From Bacteroides uniformis (GTDB lineage: Bacteria > Bacillota_I > Bacilli_A > RFN20 > CAG-826), in NCBI GenBank assembly GCA_963641445.1, contig CAVIBR010000008.1, positions 4,282 to 68,281 of the forward strand: 64,000 nt of DNA. The letters are read 5' to 3'. The first letter of the stretch is position 1; each line of letters starts with the position of its first letter. The notes beneath the pieces were generated by a model. The model was given only the letters and a program-made list of their open reading frames with translations. It had not been told where the DNA came from and did no database searches. The translations under genes were made by a program, and so were the position numbers. Shown here piece after piece: positions 48,584-58,552 of this stretch.

Positions 48584-51007
48584 ATGAAAAAAAGAACGTT
48601 AACGATCCTTCTAATTATTCCGTTTGTAATTTCTTTGATGACTTTTGCCTCTATCAAGATTCTTGATAACCAAGTCGCAGTAGATATTCTTGGCATTGAA
48701 TGGGATTATGATGAGAATGAAGGCTTCCAAATTGATAGCAATAATGGTTATGAGCTTAAAGCAAAGCCAATCATTGATCCAAATCTCATTTTAGCAAAAG
48801 GAAATGACCTCGTTTGGTCTTTGAAAAAGATCAATGAGACTGATGAAGATTTTGCCTCAATTGAAGAAAAAGATGGGAAATTCTATTTATATGCCCTCAA
48901 AAAAGGTGAGGTTGAAGTAGTTTGCTCAAACGAAAGAGGGAGCAAATCTAAGTATTTCACGGCGACAATATTTGAAGACGGAGCGATGGTTATCAATCCA
49001 AAACGCAAAGGCAGTGGATCGTCTCTTTCTTCACTTAAATATTACGGCTTATATGATTTTAATGAAGGCAAGAAGACTCTTTCGTCTTTTGAAATAACGT
49101 CTACATCTTATTTAGACAATGGAAAAAAGAGTGAAGAGAATCGTTTAGTTGATTCATCTAATAACGTTTCTTATTCAAATGGAAAGGTATCTCTTCTTTC
49201 TCCAGGTGAGGCATATCTTACCCTTGAAGAACCGACATATCGTTATCGTTCAACATATAAATTCAATGTAGTAGACGGAGTTAATGTTTATTCTTATTCA
49301 GATCTTCTTTTGGGAACAAATAAATCGCAAGATGGAGAAAATATCGTTTTACAAGTTAACCTTGAATCTTTGAAAAATACTTATTCATATGATACTGAAA
49401 CAAATAAATATATTGATACAAAGCTATCTTCTAGCGAAGGCAATACAGAATTATTTGGAAACTTTGATTTTACTAGCCAAAGATTCTCTTTCGATGAGGA
49501 ATATTACACGTTTACCACGACATACGATTCGACATATATCGATCAATACAACAAAGAGAAGAATGCATCAGTTAAGAAAGATGTTATTGCAGGTATTCAT
49601 TTAAGAAAGAACCTCTATGGAAATGGCTTTACCATCAATATGAATGGACTTTGTTATCCAAATCATGGCGAGATAGATAAATTCACTGGTAAAAGAGTTC
49701 CAAAAAAGAAGGATGAAGCGGCAGGCGGAGCATATGACTATTTCTATGGCCCATTACCATTCGTTTCCGTTGGAGATATGGTTTCTTTCCCACTTGTTAC
49801 TGCCTTAGGACAAGATAATTCTGGCATCTATATTGATGATGACAACGTCACATTAAACGATGTTAAGTTATCTAATTGTGATGAAGTGGATAATCTTTAC
49901 AATCTTTCTTATACGGGATCAATAATCGACATCAAAGGAAAGAACGTGACTATTTCTAATTCTATTCTTTCTAATGCGAAAGTATGTGTTAGAGCCTATG
50001 ATAGCGATAATCTTTTGATTGATAATTCAATCCTCAAGAATTCAGGCGATTTCACTCTCTTATTAGGCAGCGATAAGAAAGATTCGTATGATACAAATAG
50101 AAGAATCCAAGATTACGGCCTTGATATGTCTTATTCTGATTTCTTTGATAACGTTGATGAAAATAGGCAAGATACTGCAAACGGAGTATTAAATTCCTTC
50201 CTTAATGCGACAATGAATGGAACCCTAAAAGAAGGAGATTACAAGACTAAATTAGAACTTATCCAGAAATATCTTGATAACGATAAGAACGCTAAAAACT
50301 TTGTTGCGAATATCACCGTGAAAGATTCTTTCTTTGGAAGAAGTGGAGTCTTCTCAATTGCCTTTGAATCTATCTTTAATGGAGCGTTGCTCTATGGAAA
50401 GATCCCAACGATGATAACGAAGTTACTAGGCAGTTATCTTAACGCGCCATTGCCGGAGAAGTTAGGCGGAACCTCCTCCCCAGTTCATCTTACTTTAGAA
50501 GGAGATACAAGATTCTATGACTGGAAAGATGTCGATACAATCGATGTTTCTTCCCTTATCGAAGAAAACATTTCAAGAACGCTTAACCAAATGGGATATG
50601 GCGATAAGAATGTTACAATCGATGATATATTCCCAATGAAATCTGCTTTAAAGAAAGAAGCAGCTTCTAAGAACTTAGTGTATTCAAAAGATGGAAAGTC
50701 TTATTTGAATACTTCAATTGCCTATTATGGCGGGGGATTGAATAACTCCGTTATCGATATTAAGTCTGATTTGGCCTACAATACCTATAGCGATGAAACG
50801 GAAGTCTCCTTGCTTGATGAGACGATTGAAAATAATAAAGGCGGAGGCTATTCTTCCTTATTTGTCGATTGTGTTATCGTTACCATTGGCACTCATCCAT
50901 TTAGATTCATCACAAATGGAGAAAAAGAAAGTGATAATCCTATCTTATTTGATCAAGTTCCTTCCATTGAAGGATTAAAGAAACATTTGCAGGAGGCAAA
51001 AATATGA
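48584..51007 (+). CDS. Large secreted or surface protein with parallel beta-helix (pectin-lyase-fold) repeats
   Basis: N-terminal signal anchor. Repeated NxSIxxN-type rungs (NVTISNSILSNAKVCV...DNSILKNSGDF). Confidence 0.55.
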   Translation: MKKRTLTILLIIPFVISLMTFASIKILDNQVAVDILGIEWDYDENEGFQIDSNNGYELKAKPIIDPNLILAKGNDLVWSLKKINETDEDFASIEEKDGKFYLYALKKGEVEVVCSNERGSKSKYFTATIFEDGAMVINPKRKGSGSSLSSLKYYGLYDFNEGKKTLSSFEITSTSYLDNGKKSEENRLVDSSNNVSYSNGKVSLLSPGEAYLTLEEPTYRYRSTYKFNVVDGVNVYSYSDLLLGTNKSQDGENIVLQVNLESLKNTYSYDTETNKYIDTKLSSSEGNTELFGNFDFTSQRFSFDEEYYTFTTTYDSTYIDQYNKEKNASVKKDVIAGIHLRKNLYGNGFTINMNGLCYPNHGEIDKFTGKRVPKKKDEAAGGAYDYFYGPLPFVSVGDMVSFPLVTALGQDNSGIYIDDDNVTLNDVKLSNCDEVDNLYNLSYTGSIIDIKGKNVTISNSILSNAKVCVRAYDSDNLLIDNSILKNSGDFTLLLGSDKKDSYDTNRRIQDYGLDMSYSDFFDNVDENRQDTANGVLNSFLNATMNGTLKEGDYKTKLELIQKYLDNDKNAKNFVANITVKDSFFGRSGVFSIAFESIFNGALLYGKIPTMITKLLGSYLNAPLPEKLGGTSSPVHLTLEGDTRFYDWKDVDTIDVSSLIEENISRTLNQMGYGDKNVTIDDIFPMKSALKKEAASKNLVYSKDGKSYLNTSIAYYGGGLNNSVIDIKSDLAYNTYSDETEVSLLDETIENNKGGGYSSLFVDCVIVTIGTHPFRFITNGEKESDNPILFDQVPSIEGLKKHLQEAKI

Positions 51008-52119
51008 AAAAGAATTTATTGACGAGAATAGGGTTGCTGTTTGCAGCATTCGCTCTTTCTTCCCCTTTAGCATCATGCACATTTTTTAGCAGTGGCGGAT
51101 CGCAAATATCTAATGTTATAACAACATACGACGATACGACCGGGAATACCGTTGTTACCATTACCTTTACTGATGATGAACTTTCTCCTGTAACCTTTAT
51201 TATTCCTCGCGGAATCTCCGGAAAAGATGGCGTTTCTATCAAAAACGTTACATCGAAATTATCTAGCGATGGAAATAGCATCGAACTTACTATTTCTTAT
51301 TCTGATAGCAGTGTTCAAGATACCGTTATTACCGTTCCTGTCCTTCAAGGAAGAGGCATTAAAGAAGTCCATGTTGATAAAGATGAAAATGGAAATCCAA
51401 CAATTCAATTTATCTATACTGACGGAACGCTTAGCCCAGTGATCACTATGCCAGCCGGAAAAGATGGAAAAGGAATTGAAAGCTTTGAGGTTTCTGACCC
51501 TGACACATCAGGAAGAATAACGATTGTTGTTAAATTTAGCGATGGCACATCAACAAGTTTTGAAGTCAAAAACGGTAAAGATGCAGTATCTATTGCCAAT
51601 ATCACTTATAACGAAGAGGAATCTGATGAAACTCATTACGTCTTAACTATCACCTATACGGATGGATATGAAGAAAATGTTTCTTTAGATCGCCCACGTA
51701 CCAATCGTTGGTTTACTGGATCGACATCTCCTGAAGAAGATAATAATCTTTCTGAAGCAACAGAAGGAGATTTCTATATCAACCGTGTTAATGGCTATCT
51801 CTATCAAAAAGGAAGCGATGGCAAATGGGCATTCCTTTTTAGCATGAAAGGCGATAGCTCAGCAAAAGATGATGTATATTATGATGTCATATTTGATCCT
51901 AAAGAAGGGAAGATAAAGAATTATCAAGGCATGTATGTTGTGCCTGTCCTTGAAGGAAAAACGATTGCGTTAGCAAACATTCCAACCCCAGAATATGAGA
52001 ACCACACATTCTTGGGCTGGTATACGGATTTAGATAACGTTAATGCAGGCAAGTTCACTGATTTAACGCCAGTCACGACGAATTTGCATTTATATGCAAA
52101 ATATTCGGTTAACGATTAG
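51004..52119 (+). CDS. Lipoprotein with four roughly 45 aa tandem repeats and a C-terminal Listeria-Bacteroides (Flg_new) type repeat
   Basis: Lipobox LASCT. Repeats of the form T..I.Y.DG....I..GKDG. C-terminal FLGWYTDLDN...LHLYAKY. Confidence 0.6.
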   Translation: MKKNLLTRIGLLFAAFALSSPLASCTFFSSGGSQISNVITTYDDTTGNTVVTITFTDDELSPVTFIIPRGISGKDGVSIKNVTSKLSSDGNSIELTISYSDSSVQDTVITVPVLQGRGIKEVHVDKDENGNPTIQFIYTDGTLSPVITMPAGKDGKGIESFEVSDPDTSGRITIVVKFSDGTSTSFEVKNGKDAVSIANITYNEEESDETHYVLTITYTDGYEENVSLDRPRTNRWFTGSTSPEEDNNLSEATEGDFYINRVNGYLYQKGSDGKWAFLFSMKGDSSAKDDVYYDVIFDPKEGKIKNYQGMYVVPVLEGKTIALANIPTPEYENHTFLGWYTDLDNVNAGKFTDLTPVTTNLHLYAKYSVND

Positions 52120-52127
52120 TAATATTT

Positions 52128-53090
52128 ATGTGTACGGCTGCATCATTTAAGAGTAAAGATACATATTTCGGGAGAAATCTCGATTATGAGTTTTCCTATG
52201 GCGAGAAAATTGCAATAACGCCTAGGAGATATCCATTTCATTGGAGACATATAGGAATTAATGACAACCATTATGCGATTATAGGCATGGCTCATATAGA
52301 TAATAGTTATCCGTTATATTATGATGCGATGAATGAATGCGGTTTAGGAATTGCAGGATTAAATTTCGTTGGGAATGCTTCGTATAATGAAATAGATTTT
52401 TCTAAGACAAACGTTGCTCAATTTGAATTCATTCCTTATATTCTTGTAACATGCAAAAATGTTGCTGAAGCAAGAGAAGTAATTAATAAAATCAATATAA
52501 CGAATACTCCATATAATCCTCATTTCCCTCCATCAAGCTTACATTATATTTTGAAAGATTCATCTTCATGTATTGTTGTAGAATTTCAAAAAGACGGGAC
52601 CCATATATATGAAAATGAAACTGGATGCCTTGCAAACAACCCTCCATTTAATTATCAATTGGAGGCGTTAAAGAAATATTCTTTCCTCTCAAACTCTGAA
52701 CCAAGAAAAGATTTCTCATTTGATGACACTTTCTATTCCAGAGGAATGGGCTCTTATGGCCTTCCAGGCGATTTATCGAGTCAAAGTAGATTCATCCGTG
52801 CGGTTTTTGCTAGCCATTTTTCGATTTCTGAAGAAGATGAAAGATCTTCAGTGAATCAATTCTTCCATATTTTGGAAACTACTTGTCAGACAAGAGGACT
52901 TTGCAAGATTAATGATAAATTTGAGATAACGATATATACCTCATGTATGAATCTGGAAAAAGGAATCTATTATTACAAGACGTACGATAATAGTGAGATT
53001 GATGGAATTAGTCTAAGAAAAGAAAATTTAGATTCCGATCATTTGATAACGTATGAACTATTAGAAGGTTCTTTGAATATAAGAAATTAG
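52128..53090 (+). CDS. Choloylglycine hydrolase / penicillin V acylase family Ntn amidase (linear amide C-N hydrolase)
   Basis: Nucleophile Cys2 (MCTAASF...GRNLDYEF). The N-terminal MCTA...NLD motif is consistent with the CBAH family as I remember it. Confidence 0.75.
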   Translation: MCTAASFKSKDTYFGRNLDYEFSYGEKIAITPRRYPFHWRHIGINDNHYAIIGMAHIDNSYPLYYDAMNECGLGIAGLNFVGNASYNEIDFSKTNVAQFEFIPYILVTCKNVAEAREVINKINITNTPYNPHFPPSSLHYILKDSSSCIVVEFQKDGTHIYENETGCLANNPPFNYQLEALKKYSFLSNSEPRKDFSFDDTFYSRGMGSYGLPGDLSSQSRFIRAVFASHFSISEEDERSSVNQFFHILETTCQTRGLCKINDKFEITIYTSCMNLEKGIYYYKTYDNSEIDGISLRKENLDSDHLITYELLEGSLNIRN

Positions 53091-53116
53091 GTTTTTTGAT
53101 AAGCAAAATCTTTATA

Positions 53117-53157
53117 TTTCCCTAAAAGTAGTATTTTTCACCAAGTTTTAGGGAATT
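53117..53157 (-). repeat. Hairpin family 3 (ttccctaaaa - 20 nt loop - ttttagggaa), copy downstream of the minus-strand ATPase gene
   Basis: atttccctaaaagtagtatttttcaccaagttttagggaat. Confidence 0.8.
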
Positions 53158-53164
53158 ATAACTA

Positions 53165-54592
53165 TTAGAGGAATAAGTCTTCTCCGATAATTTCCTTTTG
53201 AATTACATCGGAATGAGAATTCTCTTTCAAACCGTTATTAGTAATCATCGTTAACACCAATTGTTCATTTGGTTTAACTTCATTTGCAAAGACTTGTATT
53301 TTGTGAAGAAGATTCTCTTCATAATCTTTTGTTATTTCATATTTGCCAATGGAATGTTTGATTTCACATACGTTTATGATCATGTCTCTTCTATGAATCA
53401 ATAAATCGATTTGAGCGCCAGGATCTGATTTTTTGCTTTTCCAGGAATATTCTTTTGTCATTACTCCTGATATCCCTAAAGCATTTTTAATCGAAGATAT
53501 ATTGTTTAGGCAAAGAATTTCAAAAGCATGTCCTGCCCAAGCATAATATGCAGGCGTATTTATGAATGATAGCCAATTGTCGAAAGAGGGTGAGATGAGA
53601 AAAGTTTTAGCAAACAAAGTGAATGGATCAATTAATTGGTAGAACTTATTGTTTTTTGCCGTGTTATAGTTTTCATAGGCTCTTACAAAACCACACTCGG
53701 ATAATTCTTCTAAAGCAGTAGTTAAGGATTTTCCATCACCTATAGATGAAATCGAAGCAAGTTCTTTTCTTTGCATACCCATGCTTTTCTTCATCAATGC
53801 TTCGATTATTTCTCTATGTTTCCCTTTTGCGTTGAATAGAGACCTAAACAAAGCCTGATATTCGTCATGCAACTGACCACTTTCTTTGAAACATAAATTA
53901 TCGATATTTTGAGCTAAGCTCATTTCTGAATCTAATAAATCCCAATAATATGGGATTCCGCCAAAAACCATGTAAGTTTCAATTATTTGGCTTTTTGTAT
54001 AATGCAATTTCAATTGCTCGCTATATAAAAGACATTCTTTCAATGAGAAAGGCATTAGATGTATTTTTCTTGTCAAACGATTATAAAAACCGCCAGTATC
54101 TTTGACCATGTTGTTCATAATCCAAGATGTAGCAGAACCACATACAATGAAGACTAAGTCGTTTTGCATTGAACCATAGGTATTCCAGAATGAATCTAAG
54201 CCTGCTTTAAAATCGCTTCTTTTCCCATCCATCCACGGTAATTCATCTAAGAATACAATTCTTTTCTTATAAATTGGATCACGATAAACGTTATCGCTTT
54301 CTAAGAATTTCTTTAGAAGCCTAAAAGCGTCAAGCCAATCCTTTGGCTCAGAGCCATCTTCAATCTTATAGCTATAATCAACCAAGGCATTGGTGAAATT
54401 CTTTAGTTGAAAAGCATTGTTTTTGTTATTTATGCCACTGGCATAGAAAGAGAACTTGTTGTTAAAGAACTTTTTAATAAGATATGTTTTGCCGACTCTT
54501 CGTCTTCCGTATAAAACCAAGAATTCTGGTTTAGAAGATTTTAGGCAAGATAGAAGTTCTTTTTGCTCATCAACACGACCGATTAAGTTCAT
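53165..54592 (-). CDS. ATPase of a second family (Arch_ATPase/DUF234-like), paralog 3
   Basis: MNLIGRVDEQKELLSCL...LYGRRRVGKTYLI. Same architecture as 29121 and 35653. Confidence 0.8.
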   Translation of the reverse strand: MNLIGRVDEQKELLSCLKSSKPEFLVLYGRRRVGKTYLIKKFFNNKFSFYASGINNKNNAFQLKNFTNALVDYSYKIEDGSEPKDWLDAFRLLKKFLESDNVYRDPIYKKRIVFLDELPWMDGKRSDFKAGLDSFWNTYGSMQNDLVFIVCGSATSWIMNNMVKDTGGFYNRLTRKIHLMPFSLKECLLYSEQLKLHYTKSQIIETYMVFGGIPYYWDLLDSEMSLAQNIDNLCFKESGQLHDEYQALFRSLFNAKGKHREIIEALMKKSMGMQRKELASISSIGDGKSLTTALEELSECGFVRAYENYNTAKNNKFYQLIDPFTLFAKTFLISPSFDNWLSFINTPAYYAWAGHAFEILCLNNISSIKNALGISGVMTKEYSWKSKKSDPGAQIDLLIHRRDMIINVCEIKHSIGKYEITKDYEENLLHKIQVFANEVKPNEQLVLTMITNNGLKENSHSDVIQKEIIGEDLFL

Positions 54593-54604
54593 ATAAAGCC
54601 TCCT

Positions 54605-54729
54605 ATTTCCCTAAAAGTTGTGGATTTTGATAAGTTTTAGGGAATTATAGATATATTATAGACTACTTTTTGAACTTATAAATAGTTATATTTCCCTAAA
54701 AGTTGTGTTTTCTAATAAGTTTTAGGTAA
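54605..54729 (-). repeat. Two copies of hairpin family 3 upstream of the minus-strand ATPase gene; the proximal one abuts the RBS
   Basis: Copies at 54605-54645 and 54689-54729. Confidence 0.8.
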
Positions 54730-54774
54730 TTATTAATTTTTGGAAGAGCTGTTTTTAAAATTAGAATATGAAAT

Positions 54775-57573
54775 TTATCTCCCTCTTGTTGGAGTATTTC
54801 TAGCAAGTACGATAAAGCTCTCTGCATGACTTGTTGGATTCTCTTTGAATGGATGGAAGAAGAGGCAGTAGCCATTTCCAGCATCTCTTCTTACCCAGGA
54901 ATTCCCGCTCATCGATTTTACAAAATCAGCTGTCAATCCCTCGTCGATTTTAATCCAGTGAGGATTGAAAAGGTTGGATTCAAGGAGTTCTTCACGTTTA
55001 TGGGAATTAAGATATTCTTGGAATATTGCATCGCCTTTCATGAAACGAATATATCCGTCTTTACATTCGATGATGCCAATTCCAACACGGCCAAATTCCA
55101 TAGATAGATCTAATGTTTTGCTATCTAATGACGCGCTTGTTAAGGAAAGAGATTCTAATTCCTTATAATATTGAATTTCCTTTTTGCTATGTGGCAAATA
55201 TTCTTTCTTTGTTTCTAGGAAGGAATATATTTCATCTGCTGGCAATGGTTTTGATATTAAATAGCCTTGTATATACTCGCATCCAATATTTTTAATAAAG
55301 GTGTATTCCTCAATGGTTTCGACTCCTTCCATAAGAGTTCCTATTGATAGTTTCATTCCCATTTCGATGATGCTATCGATGATCGCACGGCCTTTGTCTC
55401 TATTGGAGCCTTTAGGAAGGAATTTCATATCAAGTTTGATGACATCAAAGGAGAATTCCTTTAAAAGATTCAAAGAAGAATATTCAGAGCCAAAGTCATC
55501 CATCCAAATCTTAAATGAAGCGTCTTGTAATTTCTTGACAGCTTTCTTAAGAATCTCTTTTTCAGTAAGGAAGGTGCTTTCGGTTATTTCTAGGATAATT
55601 AAATCATGTGGAATGGAATATTTATCAACGATTTCAATGATTGTTTCGACAATATCATCTCTTTCAAAATCAAAACGTGAAAGATTGATTGAAGTTGGCA
55701 AAGGAGAGATTCCTTTCTTTAGGAGAATCGAATCTTTCTTGCATACTTCTTCAAGAACATATAAATCCAATTTAGATATCAAACGGTTTCCTTCCAAAAC
55801 GGAGATGAAATCGCTAGGAGGAATCAAACCTTTTGAAGGATGTTTCCATCTAGCTAACGCTTCAAGACTAGATATAGAAGAAGAAACGGTTTGGAGAATT
55901 GGCTGATAATAAACGACGATTTCATGATTTTCGATAGCAGAAGAAAAAGAAGTAAGTATCCATTGGGATATCTTGTTCTTTCTAGCCATCTTATCATCAT
56001 AATAATGATAATTTTCTTCAGGTTTTTCTTTGATGTAATCGCAAGCTATTTTGGCTAAGTCATTTCCTTGACGGATATTCATATCTTCTTTTAATAAAGC
56101 ACATCCGGCAATGATTCTTACGGCAGCATTCTTGCTAAAGGCCATGAATTCATCTTCGACTTTTTTAAAAGAAGCAGCAAAATCTTTCTCTTCACAAACC
56201 AAGGAAAAATGATCGTCGACAATTCTTGAAATCAAGCTTAATGGGAAATATTTCTTTAAGAGTTCTGCAACTTTTAGTAGTAATGAATCGCCATATTCAT
56301 AGCCAAGAGTGCTATTGAAGACTTTGAAGTTCAAAATGTTAATATGGCAAATAAGGATGTCTTTCTTCTCTTTTAACTCCTCTAGATAACGTTGACCATT
56401 TTGAAGATAACTTTGGAAAGTCATTAATTTAGTTAATGAATCGATGTTGTTAGAGGCTTTGCCTTCTCTCATGAATTCGTTTTTGTATGAATTTTTCATG
56501 AAGGCTTTTTGACAAATGACATTCTTTCCTTCGCTCTTAGCGTTATACAAAGTGAAATCAGCGGAATTGATCATCTCTTGGAATTCTTGTTCTGTTTTGA
56601 CATTCCCATAGACAAATCCAGCTGAAAATGTTGGATGTAACATGAATGTTTCTGAGATTTGAAGATTCTTAAGATCATTCATCGTTTTCTCTAGAAGTTC
56701 TTTGAAACGATAGGCATTTGAACCAGGATAAGCGATAAGGAATTCATCCCCGCCATAGTTAAAGCAAGAATCCGCGCCGAAATTTAAAATAAGAATATCG
56801 CCTAAGTCTCTTAAGATAATATCTCCGACATTATGACCATACATGTCATTGAAGAACTTGAAATCATCAATATCAATCATGCAAACGATCATGTCTTTAT
56901 TTAAGAAATCCTTGCTGTTTTTCTTTAAGGCATATCTATTCTTTAAGCCTGTTACTTCATGATGTTCACTTTTTTCGCGAACGGAAACATAGTTTTCAAG
57001 ATTGCTAAAACGAAGACTAAGAATAAGAAGAATAGCGCTTATGATCGCAGAATACGTGACTAAAAGGTGAACGGAGTCGATAGCGAATGTCTCTAATGAT
57101 TTGCTGAAATAATCTACGACAAGGAAGATAAGACAATAAACCGTTTGAATGGAAATGACTCTTAAAGGCAAATCAAAAACGAATAAAGGAAGAATGAATG
57201 ACAATATATAGAATGAGAAAGCATAGGAATCGCCGATATAGATACATCCATTTAAGATAGCAATGATAAAGGTTGGAATCTGAATGATATATAAGGTTGG
57301 AAGAATCCATTTAGAAGGAATCTCTTTTATGACTTTAGGCATTATGAGTAAAAGAAGAAGAGCATAGATTGTTCCAGTAAGAGAAAAAGAGAATAAAAGG
57401 ATGTTTTTCTCTAAAGCAATTCTCGAAATCATAACCGCTGTTTGGGTTATGAAATTTGCTATAAGAAAAAAGATGCATGATTTCCTGTTCTCTTGTTGAA
57501 TGTCACTCTTATAGAGGTAGTAGTCTCTTTTTCCGCGTAAGAGAACGATGTGCTTAAACAATCGAGATTTCAT
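54775..57573 (-). CDS. Membrane c-di-GMP signalling protein: polytopic N-terminus, GGDEF, a degenerate second GGDEF-like region, EAL, and an unassigned C-terminal domain
   Basis: GGDEF (NYGGDEFLIAY). EAL (LEALARW, DDFGSEYSSLNLL). The exact start is uncertain. Confidence 0.75.
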   Translation of the reverse strand: MKSRLFKHIVLLRGKRDYYLYKSDIQQENRKSCIFFLIANFITQTAVMISRIALEKNILLFSFSLTGTIYALLLLLIMPKVIKEIPSKWILPTLYIIQIPTFIIAILNGCIYIGDSYAFSFYILSFILPLFVFDLPLRVISIQTVYCLIFLVVDYFSKSLETFAIDSVHLLVTYSAIISAILLILSLRFSNLENYVSVREKSEHHEVTGLKNRYALKKNSKDFLNKDMIVCMIDIDDFKFFNDMYGHNVGDIILRDLGDILILNFGADSCFNYGGDEFLIAYPGSNAYRFKELLEKTMNDLKNLQISETFMLHPTFSAGFVYGNVKTEQEFQEMINSADFTLYNAKSEGKNVICQKAFMKNSYKNEFMREGKASNNIDSLTKLMTFQSYLQNGQRYLEELKEKKDILICHINILNFKVFNSTLGYEYGDSLLLKVAELLKKYFPLSLISRIVDDHFSLVCEEKDFAASFKKVEDEFMAFSKNAAVRIIAGCALLKEDMNIRQGNDLAKIACDYIKEKPEENYHYYDDKMARKNKISQWILTSFSSAIENHEIVVYYQPILQTVSSSISSLEALARWKHPSKGLIPPSDFISVLEGNRLISKLDLYVLEEVCKKDSILLKKGISPLPTSINLSRFDFERDDIVETIIEIVDKYSIPHDLIILEITESTFLTEKEILKKAVKKLQDASFKIWMDDFGSEYSSLNLLKEFSFDVIKLDMKFLPKGSNRDKGRAIIDSIIEMGMKLSIGTLMEGVETIEEYTFIKNIGCEYIQGYLISKPLPADEIYSFLETKKEYLPHSKKEIQYYKELESLSLTSASLDSKTLDLSMEFGRVGIGIIECKDGYIRFMKGDAIFQEYLNSHKREELLESNLFNPHWIKIDEGLTADFVKSMSGNSWVRRDAGNGYCLFFHPFKENPTSHAESFIVLARNTPTRGR

Positions 57574-57784
57574 AATAGTCTTGCAATTTTAAGTAAAGTC
57601 GCAAAAGAAGGAAATAAAATAATCTTTGCCTAATGAATGATTATCATTTCCAAGCTGTTTTATGTGACCGAATATATTCTAATATATTTCTCTACCAAAT
57701 TGTTAGATTATAAAGGAAATTCTTCATTTTCTTTATGCGGTAAACGAAAGAGAAAGAGCGATATCTTTTGAAAATATAGGGGTT

Positions 57785-57829
57785 TGAAGTGAGACCCGAA
57801 TGTTGGACTGCCGACAGGAGGGTCTTTTC
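57785..57829 (-). repeat. 45 bp hairpin element, copy B (inverted relative to copy A at 25147..25191)
   Basis: 43 of 45 nt match the reverse complement. Confidence 0.75.
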
Positions 57830-58086
57830 AAAATGAGAAAGTAAAAAATGTTATTAAGGAGTTATATAGAGCTGGTGCCGAAATTGGTGATGGCGGCACA
57901 GCTGATGCGATAAGGCATGAACTGGCCACCGACGAATTAGTCGGTGGAAAGAGTCACGTGAAGAAAGGAAAAGAACGATTAAAAAATCTTGAAAACATTT
58001 TGAAAAACCGTAATTTACCGGACAGTGACAAACAAATCGTCAAAGAATTATACGATGATTTGAAGGATGCATTAAAAGGAGTGAAA
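57793..58086 (+). pseudogene. Start-less ORF resembling an orphan C-terminal toxin module of a polymorphic toxin
   Basis: ...ELYRAGAEIGDGGTADAIRHELATDELVGGKSHVKKGKERLKNLENIL. There is no in-frame ATG. It opens inside repeat copy B. The toxin assignment is from memory of similar CT motifs and is unverified. Confidence 0.3.
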
Positions 58087-58087
58087 A

Positions 58088-58435
58088 ATGACAAGTAAAG
58101 ACTTAAATCAAAACCTGTTATCGAATTTGCCACAATTAAAGACTAAATTTGACGAAGAGACTTCTTGGCAAGAAGGGATTGATACCGGTAGTTTCATTGT
58201 TTTTGAAGACGTACTGATGCCTTATGTCAAAGAAATTGTAACCAACAAAAAGAAAAAAGAAATTGATCAGGTTTTCGAATATATAGAATCTTTAGCGAAC
58301 ACGAAGGATGAATATGTAGAAAATGTGGTTTATGTTGCTATCTTGGAAAACATCGCCTCATTTGATGATGAAGATAGGTACATCCAATATTTCAAAAGCA
58401 AAACTAAGGAAATTTTCGATAAAAACTATCGATAA
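58088..58435 (+). CDS. Small acidic cytoplasmic protein, immunity-protein-like
   Basis: 115 aa. It starts 1 nt after the toxin-like fragment. No motif recognised. Confidence 0.35.
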   Translation: MTSKDLNQNLLSNLPQLKTKFDEETSWQEGIDTGSFIVFEDVLMPYVKEIVTNKKKKEIDQVFEYIESLANTKDEYVENVVYVAILENIASFDDEDRYIQYFKSKTKEIFDKNYR

Positions 58436-58514
58436 GTTTCAAATAAAACCAAAATTCAACAAATTATTTGGTTACCGAAGGTAAATCCGAAACACATAGA
58501 AAATAATAAGAAAT

Positions 58515-58552
58515 GCATTTGAAAAGGCGTTCAGACTAATTGGAGAACGCCT
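58515..58552 (-). terminator. Rho-independent terminator of the P-type ATPase gene, overlapping its stop codon
   Basis: On the minus strand, aggcgttc-12 nt-gaacgcct followed by TTTTC. Confidence 0.6.
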
